Source of the DNA: Phoronis australis
Lineage: Eukaryota; Animalia; Phoronida
Reading direction: 5' to 3'
Assembly (NCBI GenBank): GCA_002633005.1
Contig: NMRA01000532.1
Location: 176,032 to 240,031 of the forward strand
DNA: 64,000 nt
Shown here piece by piece: positions 13,801-25,800 of this stretch (its first letter is position 1; the number at the start of each line of letters is the position of its first letter). Position numbers and translations under genes: made by a program. The notes under the pieces are model-generated. The model had not been told where the DNA came from. It saw only the letters and a list, made by a program, of their open reading frames with translations, and ran no database searches.

Positions 13801-16800
13801 TAAAAGTTACTTGTGAAATCGGTCTTAGAGCGGATTACAGGTTCAGTCAGAATCCTGACAGTCGCAGTCAAAAGCTTTGCAGGCGGATTGAAATCCCGCT
13901 CGATAAGTAACGGAATTTTGTAAAATTATAGTACATACTTTTCTCACATGACCTGGAATGTGTTACGACATAACTGGTTAATAACACTGATTACAGGGTT
14001 ACGTACTGTAATTTTTTGATAATACAGGGGCGAATCACAGAGTATTGCAAAGTAGATATCCATACGCCTTGCATTTTATCGTCTGCAAAACAGTAAAACA
14101 ACCAAACGCGCCAACCAAACAGTGATGGAATTTCGAGAAGGTGACAAGGTTATGATATACAAATCGATTGTCGTAACTGTACGTACTCCCAGTTGGAAAG
14201 ACATGCAAACAACTCCTAAAACTGACCCATGTTCGGCGGCAAATTCCATATCCACGTTCATTCAAACGGAGATGAGTCCCAGCTGTGCTCACGCGCGCGG
14301 GGAAGCCTTGCTGACTCTAGGAAGCCTAGAAAATCACTTCTGTGGCTACGTTTTGGGGGCATGAAAATTTTGGTGTTTTTAAGATCATTAAGTGCTATAC
14401 TTTTAGAATCTATAAAGTTAACAAGGTTTGACTTAAACGTTTTCGAGAAATTTGATCTCAAAAATCTGACTTTGCAAAATTTGACACACAAAACCAATCT
14501 CCAAAAACCAACAACACTAGTAAAAACTGAATGATAATTTGATTGGGGTTTGTTCATTTGAAGTTACTGGACAAGAAAAGTGATAAATATTCTGACATTA
14601 GGTCGAAAATTGTTAAAAAAGAGAAAAAGAAAAATTTTAGCCTCCTGTTGGCCAGAAAACTTACCACTATATTCTAAACTCCTACCAAAAGAACAACACT
14701 GTTAACCATTTGGAACATGATAAAGATTTAAAATCACAACCTACTTATGAAAACACATACATTTTCAAGCTTTTGCAGTGAATTCACTGTCACCATTTTC
14801 ATTAACTGTCATTATTAATTATCATTATCCACATTGCAGTTCACTGTCAACTGTCACAGGAGAACGATACACCGTGCAGTTTACGGTAGAACTAAAATTT
14901 CCTTTGATACTTCCTGTTTTAGACAGCACATAACTGGAAGAGTAAAAATTTTCCTGTTCTAAAAATTCTCAATTCAAGAATCTTCAAAATGTTAGGTTCT
15001 GAAATCTTCGCAACATTTGGATTTTCAAGATAATGAATTACAGGACGGGCAATATTTTCATTTTTATATTTCTCAATTTCCAAACACTGCTCATGTTTCT
15101 ACATAAAAGGATCTGAAAATACATGTAGGCTTGGAAGTTCATAAAAAGCAGTGCTGATCACTCACATGTAGATAAAAAACTACTGCCAGTACCTTTGAGA
15201 TTAGGACGACTGATACTGCAAATTTATCAAGCAAAGTAATTCTTTTTTCTCTGTCCTAAACTAAAGATTTTTACCATAAATGACATTTTTGAAATTAACA
15301 ATAGGTAGATCTGTTTACAAGTGAATGTTTGGAACTGGAATAGGTTTTCAAGTTGTCTTTTTTGTGAAGTTCTCTGTGATGCACTTTGCCCATGTCATAA
15401 CCCTGAGACTCGTGTAGGATTCTCAGTCTGTATCTGGTAAAGTTACGGGCCTTCATTTCAGTGAATGTAGGGAATACCGCCAATGTGCAATAAAATCATA
15501 AAGACACAACGGGTTCTATGCTTTTATTTCTGCTCATGTTCAAACGTGTATTCCTTCCAACTATAATCCGCACAATGGTGTACATGCACCTATTCAATTC
15601 ATATCAGTTTTGTGCTACCCGTAAAAACTGTTGCAATTATTCGGCTACGACCAAATTTCCCTAAACTCTCAAAAACGCGTTTTGTTTTCGCAACTTTCGG
15701 GTCTTTATCGGAGTACACACGACTCACACAATACTCGTGTACGGTACTTTCCTCTCAGATGGCATCAGTGACTTTTTCCTGCGAGTCGGTGCTCTTTCCA
15801 ACAAGACGATTTGATTTGGAAATTTGTTAAAAGCTCCCTTTTGGGAAATGTTTTTACAATATGGTTAGATGTGACATGTATTGTGTAAGATTAGTCCCAT
15901 GGCGGATCCGAATCCGGAATCCTTGCAATCGAAGTCAAACGTTATATACAGCTGTAGGCGAATCTAAATCCCACTCGATCAACGGCATACTATTTTAAGC
16001 GTATTTATTTTGCAAAGTCACCCATCTTGATTTCAGCAAAGGTTTGAATAATTGGATTAAAATTACAATGGTATATCGGATTTCAATGTTTTATAGTTCT
16101 GGTTGAAATTAATGAGTACAAATGGTGTAGCCCATCCAACTGCAGTCCCAGAAAGCGTTTTTGGACGTAAAAGTGACCCGCCTGCGTTTGAGTGATTAAA
16201 TCGTGTTATCTCCCCTTAGTAAAGCAAGTTCAGGACNACGCTTGCCGACGTACTTGTTTACCGGCTTAACCACAATGCAACATTCTGACCCATTTCCAAT
16301 ATGGCGGCGTTGCAACTCCGCTATTGGTACAGGGGCCAGTGCTCTTTCCAACAAGATGATTTGATTTGGAAATTCGTTAAAAGCTCCCTTTTGGGAAATG
16401 TTTTTACAATATGGTTAGATGTGACATGTATTGTGTAAGATTAGTCCCATGGCGGATCCGAATCCGGAATCCTTGCAATCGAAGTCAAACGTTATATACA
16501 GCTGTAGGCGGATCTAAGTCCCACTCGATCAACGGCATACTATTTTAAGCGTATTTATTTTGCAAAGTCACCCTTCTTGATTTCAGCAAAGGTTTGAATA
16601 ATTGGATTAATATTACAATGATATATCGGATTTCAATGTTTTATAGTTCTGGTTGAAATTAATGATTACAAAATGTGTAGCCCATCCAACTGCAATCCCA
16701 GAAAGCGTTTTTGGACGTAAAAGTGACGCGCCTGCGTTTGAGTGATTAAATCGTGTTATCTCCTCTTAGTAAAGCAAGTTCAGGACTTTCTGTATAGTTC

Positions 16801-19800
16801 AATACATACACACGTAGCAGGGGCGGATCCAAGATTTTGAGTTAGGAGTGCCAGGCCAGAGTATTAGCCAAGATTTTGCCTGTCAGACATTCGCAACTCC
16901 GAAGTGTCAAATACACCCTGTAGAATATGGGAGGATTTTGGGGGGCATGGTCCTCTTGGCTCAACTTGAATCCGCCACTGACATAGCAAAAATCCGATCT
17001 AAGCAAGTTTGAAGGGAGAAGCCGTGCACCAAAACGTGAAATTTTACAAAAGATTCCAAAGATATTTTCTCTCTAAAAGCATGTAAATTTCTTTGGTATA
17101 TCAGTTTTATGCTATCCGCTGGGACTTGCAATGATGCTCGTACGGTGCTTTATATTGAAAAACGAATCCGAAACTGTTTGCTGGTCACGAAACAACAGCG
17201 TGGCTAAGTTGATGAATTGAATGAATTCGATCAACTAACACCGGCGCAATTGAATCGCTCACATTGTTGCAAAAGTTTTCTGTTACAGGCGGCTTTTACA
17301 GAAGCCTCACAAGCTTTGTTCGTCGCAACTAAAAGGCGGGCTTACTTCAAGAACATCACTATTCTTGTGCCGCGTGACTGGAGCAGGAATATCATTTGGC
17401 CCATTGCAACAACAGAAGAATTCAAGAGGTTTGTACGGCAGATGGCACACTATGCACAGTGAGATCAAGGTTGAGGTCACAATAGAATAATGAAAATCAT
17501 TCCAATTGATTGTATGGCCTCCGTTGAATCTCAGTCAGTCATCCACATTCAACCTCAAAAAAGGTGTGCATTACAGTGCGCTAGTATTACGGTAATGCCG
17601 GACTTATCGACAAGTCTGTGTACTAATCCAAATATCAACAAAATTATGATGCAGAAACTGATGAGGTGCTATAAAATCCGATAAACAATATTTGTTTTGT
17701 TGAAAAGAGGAATGATTCACTTATTTATCAAACTATTTGTGCTTTATATTGGACACATCGGACTGATAATCTGTGCTTTGTTGCTCAAGAAGCCATCCCA
17801 GCCACTCCTTATTGTTAATTCTCTAGCTAGTTTAGCAATCCCCGGGTAAAAAAGACAGCTCCACCTGCCGGCAATATTGTGAGTCCCATTGACTTTATCC
17901 TGGATCATAATTACTTCCCATTCAACAACCGTCACTATTTACGAAGCTGGGGTATTCAGTTGCCGTGCTAACACCTGGGTAGAGTTCAGTAACGCCAGGA
18001 CCTCGTTATAAAGCAAGACTTCGCGAGATTACGTGATATATATTAAATGAGAACACGTGATTTTGGCTAGATTTTAGCGAGGTCCTGGCGTAGGTCCTAG
18101 CTACTGAACTCAACGCTGTTCATGGATTATCAAGAAGCCTTTTTTCCAAAGTTGCCTTCTCCAACCACTTTTTATCTCCAAAGAATCGAGGGCATTTTCC
18201 TAACTTGGGGTCATTTCGACGTTTCTCCGCATTAATTAAATATCCAGCAACTTTTCTCAGAACATTAAAATCATGAGTCTATAAAATTTTTTTGAGCACT
18301 ATCTCGTTCACCTTGTCGTATCTTGTTAAGAACAGCACACGTAGATAAGAATATAAATTACATTCGAGAAGAAAGTGTAATTCTGTTTCCGCTTTCCCAC
18401 TGTCACAACAGGGACAAATTCTCTTCTCTCTATCAAGTCCACTAAACCTTCTCTGAACAATCATCAAAGAATGCGCCGAGCATCTGAATCTTGCGAGGGC
18501 TACTCTGTGAAAACTATTTTCTAGACATATTATGTGTTTTTCTACTACAAAATTACATTTAACTGTTTTATAGACATCTAACTATTGAGAAAACGTAGTA
18601 TCTCTCCAATCCTGTATGTCAATATCAAAGCATCATTGTTGAAATTTACTGATAAACGAGACAACATTGCCTACACCCTGTTGTATCCTAACAACTCCAA
18701 AACCATAAGGAAATAACAATCGTTAACCATTTAGAGCCACTTATGTTGCTCAGCCGTTTCGTATTGCACATTATAGCACACACTAACATAACGATGGCTT
18801 GGCAATTTGATAATCTTTAACCAGTATTTAACAATTCTCAATAACAGATTACCTTCATTGTCACTCTACCAAGCTCTCCTCTCACTGCAGCGTTTGAGAC
18901 ATGCTGTCCAAGTCCCAACAAAAATTTACAAAATCTATTTTGCACGATTTCAATGTCTTGTGCTGGATGAAATCCCCAAACCTCAGGAGCATACAACAAG
19001 ATCGGTAATAATATTGTGTCAAACATTTTAAACCACATTTGCACAGGAATGTATTTGTACTTATTAAACATTTGCTTTTTAGTACAAAAATAAATGTTAT
19101 CTGTGGAGCCGATCAGCCTTTTCTGAGATATGATGTTCCGAAGTAAGCCAACAATTATTCTATGGCCTTACATAACCTTAACAAGTCTTGTAGGCGATGA
19201 CTGCCAGCTTCAATTTGTAGATTTTTGAATCAGCCAGAGAATCTTAAGTACAAGTAAGCCTGAAATAATTATAATACGAACACTGCAGGTGGTGGTCAAG
19301 TTTTAAAACATCCATGGCCCACCATAGGTTGTACGTAGCGTATCGAGACCCTGGCGCCGTCCACGTTTCCGTCAAAGCTAGTGGTTTTTGAATGACGTCG
19401 CGACCGCACTAGCGGACATGTGTGGCTTTCCCGCCTTACAAAATGTTAAACTGAACAGCTACATTCGTTACTTTTAAAACTGTTTCTTTTACTAGAGAAA
19501 ACTTGTCACCTAACGCACACGCACGTACATTTAGGATGTGATCCGCCACGTGAACAGTCTGAGTGAAGTATTTTAATAATTTGCCGAAAAGAATGAAAGA
19601 AACTTAAAATTTCAAAGCGTATTTTTAAATATAACACGTACCTCGATTGGCGTAGATAAAGTAATAGCGGAATAATTTCTTGTGGGATATTACTTCATCT
19701 ACGCCACGCTCGGTACGTTTTGTGTATATATGTGCTCTCTTCCAAAATGTAGTTATCATTTATTTTGAAAACTTCAGCGCCAATGTCATCATCGACAAAC

Positions 19801-22800
19801 AAAACCCAGTAACTACGAACACCCCTTATGTGAACCAGATACGTGGCTGTGGCCAGCCAGGGGAATACATGCATCTCACTCCAGATTACATCTTAAAGGA
19901 TGCCGTAGCAACATACCATGGCCATTACTCTGCACCATACGGTCAGTATTTTACCGATATTTTATTAAAATTATGAATATCAATTCTTCGTCTTTGTCAT
20001 ACGTTTGTTGCTGCAGGTGTTTGTGGGTAGTCTGTTGCTGTTCTGTGGTTAACTCATCTTTTTACCGTGTCACACCTGAATCTAGTAGTAGTTGTCCGTC
20101 AATCCCGGAGGGTGTGCTGAACTGAAATCACACAGTGTAAAATGTGGATGTGTTGACATCTGATTTTTAGCATCGGGTCGTTCCTACCGTCTGATCTCAC
20201 GACACGTGAATTTTCTTTTGTTTTCATGGGCATCTCTTTGGACATGGGACCTAAAAGTTGTAAATAAACAGTTTCAATGACATTGCCATCGACTTCACCT
20301 TGTAATTTCAGGAAGAACAATTGTGCACGAGTTCTGTCATCTTCGATGGGGATGTTTTGACGAATATACTGTGAGGACAGAAGGATACCCATATTTCTAT
20401 CGTGACTCTAACGGAAAAATCGAGGCAGTTAAGTGCTCAAAGGAGGTAAGCTTTTTTCTCACATGACCTGGAATTTTACGTCACGACTGGTTAATAACAC
20501 CGAGTACGTAATTTTTTGATATTACATGGGCGAATCACAAAGTAGTGCAAAGTAGAAATCCATACACCTTACATTTCATCGTCTGCAAAACACTAAAATA
20601 ACCAAACGCGCGCCAACAAAACAATGCCGGAATTCCGAGAAGGTGACAAGGTTATGATTAACAAATCGAGTGTCGCAACGTACTCCCAGTCGGAAAGACA
20701 TGCAAACAATTTCTTAAACGGACTGAAGTCTTCGGCTGCAAATTCCATATCGACGTTCATTCAAACGGAGACGAGCCCCAACTCAAGAATCGCCGCGAGA
20801 CTGTCTATCTGTGCAGTCTCAAGATCAGTTCAGTGCTCGCGCACGGAAGCCTTGGTGACTGTTATTAATGAATATTTTTTTTAAGTTTTAATATTGCAAT
20901 TTCGAAGACTATTTATTAGATTCTAACTTGCATACTTGCTACGAAAGCTGAATGCAATTTACGACTTTAAGTTTACAATAAAACTATAAACAAAAAGTAA
21001 CTGGATTACTTTAAATTGCGCAAGTGCGTTTTTACAAAAGTTGCATCGTGTGGTTGAAAGTTTTAGACGCGTCGAGTATTTCGGCAAAAGCAATCGTTTT
21101 TACGGTTCATGCGAGAAAACAAATCCTACACTCGTCTCAGATTTATGACATGGTCAAAAGCTCTTGAAAATTTCGTCAAAATCCCTCTCCAAGCTTGGAG
21201 TTTCCAAGAGGTTTTGCCCGTGTCATAAAACTGAGACTCTTGTAGGATTCTCTATATAGTGACTGGTAAATGTGCAGATACTTAAACTGATCAAGCGTAA
21301 ACGAAAGTTTAAGAGCTTTAATAATCTAGTTGTTCAATAATCCATTGTAATCATGTTGTACATCCAAAGGCTTATTGACCCAAGGATCGATAGTTCAGCA
21401 ACAAAATTCGATGTCGCAATCATAGTTCGAAAATTCTGTAGTCCCAAGAGTATATAGTCAGAGCGTTCCACGGTCTGTTCTAGAGAGCCTTCAGACTACA
21501 GAACATTCGGACCGCAAAACCTTTGGACTATAATATAACGACTTCTACGTTGTCAGATCACCGATTGTTCAAACCTTTAAATCTTCAAACAACAGAACAT
21601 TTTTTGTTTTGTATTTCCTAAAATTCGTTGAAATACATGTAGTTCGAACAATACAACCTTTGGACTAATGGACTGTCAGACTATAGGCGCATAAGGGTCA
21701 AAATGTGCAGAAGAGCGTTACGGTGAAACAGTAGATTAGTGTAAGTCACAAAAATCTTTGAAACAACTATCTGTTTCACATATGATTAAACACATCAATC
21801 TTAATATCATTCTTTGTTGATCTTTTTTCTGTCAACATTTCGTTTTCAAGGTATCAGATAAGCAGTTCAATTCGATAAGGACACTGGTAGATCAAGATTG
21901 CAAGCTCGATCAATCAGTTTTGCACAACGACGATTGCGTCTTTGTGCCAAAAAATCAGCAGAAGGCATTCTTTGAAATAGTTCGGACTAAGGAACCTTTG
22001 GACTAATGGACTGTCGTACTGTAGAGACGCACAAGCGTCAAAATGTGCGGAGGGGCGTTACAGTTACTGTAGATTTCAAAAATCTTTGAAACAACTAACT
22101 GTTTCACATATGACTAAAGACATCAATCTTTATACTATTCTTTGTTGATCTTTTTTCTGTCAACAATTCGTTTTCAAGGTATCTGGTGTAATCCATGATC
22201 TGAAAAAGGGTCAGATAGTTAAAGAATGTAAGCTCGATCAATCTGGTGTGTACATCGCCGACTGCGAATTTGCGCCGAAATATCAGCAGAAAGCAACATC
22301 CTCACTGATGTATTATCAAACACCAATCACGGTAAGAGCTTCATGTCTTTGCTGACTACGCCGCACTGGTAATAACAGAAGAAACAGCGAGGGCAACGGT
22401 CTGTGGTAAAATAGACTATTTTGCGAAGAAAAAACAAGTATAAACAGTTTCTGATATTAAGTATTCTTTCAAAAACTTTTACCAGGTAGTACACTTTTAA
22501 AGAGGCATGGAACGCCATAGTTGTCAAAAATATCTTTTAAACAATTGCTGACGAAACTATTATCTCAAAACGTTTAGTACAGAGTAATTTACTTTCCCCT
22601 ATGAGGAAGTTTCCGGAAAACAAAAAATACGATTTTTGAAATACGTGAGAATAAAAAACTCTGTGACTACCACAGAGTTTCTAATCTCCCCCCCCCCACT
22701 TAAATGCTCGCATGCGCTCACAGTCATTTGAAGTCAAACTTCATATTTTCCATATAAGGGAAATGTGCTACGTACTTATATTTGTCTTGCCATACCAAAT

Positions 22801-25800
22801 ACGGAGACGTGCTTTGCCTTGTGGGAGAAAAATTGATGAAGTGGCGAGCAGCTAAAAGATCAAAATTTAAAACTAAAAGGAAATGCTTTGGTATCAACAA
22901 AAATTAAAAACGTATACGAACGAATCCTTAAAATACCAAATGAGCAGGTTTAATTCTGTTTCAGTGGCAGAGAGCCTCATTCAATATTGAAATTTAGTCT
23001 GTTTATCGCGTTCCAGGCGTCTTTAACGAAGCCACCCTTTTCAACACAAACAGAATATAGTTTGAGTTTGTTGTTGTTGTTGTTATTATTGTTTATAATT
23101 GAATGGAAATTGCGGGTCACGCAAAAACCCACGAAATGTGCCGTTTTTTTCTCATTTTGATCAACCGGAAAAAATTGGTAATGTCGCTTGGGAACAGTAC
23201 ATAATGATAATATGTCAATTTGGCCTTCTGTCAAAAAGCGGGACATTTAGAATGTGTGGCGGGATGGCGGAAAAAATCAAAAAGCTCGCCAAGGGTGGGG
23301 CAAATGGAAAATACATTGTCCGCTGTCAGCAACACTAAGTACTATATTGGTTTCTTTTACAAGTTAAACTCTTCGATTTTTAATTTATTTATCGGGTATA
23401 ACTAAATGCTACAGAGAGCAGTAGGCCTACATGTTCTTCTCAAAAATCAAATTAACAAAAAACACGGCAACTGGACAACAGGTAAATATTGCACAAATGA
23501 ATTATCGTAGAAGCATTTGAACATAGTGATAATACACAATCACACACACGCAAGCACACACACACACACACACATTTAGCTATGTAATTATGAATTATTC
23601 TTGGAAAGGTACGTAAACACACCGGTTTTTTAGGCCCTAAACTTTCAATTTAGGCCAATTGTAACTCCTTTCCGTAAAATACCGTAACACGATTTTAACA
23701 CCCAAAAATATGTCATTGAAAAACTCCTGGCATGCAGTATGATGGGTTGGCGAATGTAGTTTTACGACTGTAGCTCGGTGCTTATCAAGAATGACCAGTG
23801 CAATTATCGGGTTTATTGACTAATTTTGCTGAGAAATCGCTGATTGTATGGAATTGTACCTCAAAAGTCCCACTTGATGAACAATAACAAGGAAATATAA
23901 ATGAAGTCATGACATGTAGACTTGAATTGATAACTACAACACTTTACCAAAACTATAAACAGTGTAGCTCCGATGGGAGCTTCATAAGCCGGAAGCTTTT
24001 CGACGAATTATGCCTCGCACTGACTAAAACATCTAAGTCACGTTCTTATACTAATACCGCTTTTGAGAAACACTTTAAAAGGTTGTCGATGTCTTTAATT
24101 CCTCCCAACTCGAACAAATATTCCCGTTTTCAAACTTTTTTTCGAGCGATCCCTCGTTCAAGTCCCAAAATCAGTAACTTGCCATTTTTACACTGCGCAC
24201 GCCAGGGGATATGACGTGTTAAAATGGGTGGGTCAACTTATCATACTTAAAAAAAAATATACACAAACACCCTACTACCTTAACTGGTCATTTTCCAACA
24301 CAAGTTGATTTCTTGTAACAGATGACCGCCTTCTGCGATGAAGAGCACAACGCTGAAGCCCCGAACAAGCACAACAAGAAATGTAACTCCAAGAGTGTTT
24401 GGGAGGTGATGAGGGAGCACGATGACTTCAAAGGTAAACGCAGCAAGCTCAAAGCACACACTTTTGTGTTATCACTGAGTCCGTGCATTTAGCCAAAGGT
24501 CAATAAAATAATAGAAATTAACTGTACAAACGTTATACGCTTTCTGAAAACGGAAAAAACATGTAGAATAAATGTGTCGTTAAGTGGACCACGAGATAAT
24601 GTCACTTTTTCAATTTTTTTGTGAAAAAAACAGTGCAAAGGTATACGTGAAAGTGTCTTTTGAATACCAATTGCCATTTCCTAGATATGACTTTAAGAGA
24701 CGTGGACGGTTTTCTTGTTTCATGCATACGCACATTGCTGTTCGTTACAGCTGCAACAAGTAGCATTTTCCCCACGAGTTCGATGTTTCTAATCTTATGG
24801 ACCCTTCTTGCTTAAGTTTCACCAAGGAGGGAATAATCCCTTCGTTGGCACCAACGGCCTATCACATGTCGCTAAGTACATGTACATATCGGTACCGTGA
24901 CACGCGAACAATTTCTTTTTCAGGCAACAATAATCCGCCTGTGGACGCTTCTGTACAAGTTGACACAACCCCAAACTTCAAAATTGTTCAAAAAGGCGAA
25001 ACTTATGTAGTTCTTGTAATTGACACTAGCGGCAGCATGTCAGTAAGTATGTTTCGACTTGAAGGAGAATCAATCAAGTATGTTTTTTTCACCATTGCGA
25101 ATTAATGTTCATATACGCATTGCATCAGGAAACTGTGACGTCTTCGTAATGAGGTAGTCCAAGAGATTCTGTCTATTTGGCTCTGACTCTTGCCAATATT
25201 CCAAGGAAAAGTACTTTGGGTGAAAAGTTGCAACTGGAAAATCGCCAGTAATTATCTGTTATACATGGTCTAACAACGAGGTAAATACAATGGTTTGTAA
25301 AGTGATGCAGTGAAATGAGTCTCGGGTTTTAAAAAGTTACGTTTGTTAGCGGTTTGAGCAAAGGTCTTGGCCAAGTGAATATGCTTCCGCAAAGTTGTTT
25401 GTCTGCAAATTAGTGTAGTTACTAACGGTGCCACTACTGACTGTCCTTGTCCGCCACTTCATATCTTCTCCCACAACAAGACTTGTACAGTACCAACGGA
25501 CACCTGTCTGCTTGAAGAGGAGAATCAATTTTTAGTGTGGACACTTGTTCTGGGGACTCATTGGGACCTGCTGTATCAGGACAGACGTTAAAGTGAGATG
25601 ACTTCTGACCCCTTAACGAGGGGTTTATACACAGTGAGGAGGAGCAACTTCTACCGTGGACACTGGTCCTGAGGAACCACTGGACCTTGCCCTATCAGGA
25701 CAAAAGTTAAAGTGCCATGACCAGACTAGCTCTGGAGAATCACTGCTCTTTCCGGGTAGAAGATTAAGTGAGATGACAAATGGAACAGTGGGGGGTTGTG

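Noticed and set aside
14122-20884. Similar ORFs MMEFREGDKVMI / MPEFREGDKVMI as a small gene family
   Set aside because: They lie in repeat family C; the copies differ by indels and no splice structure supports them
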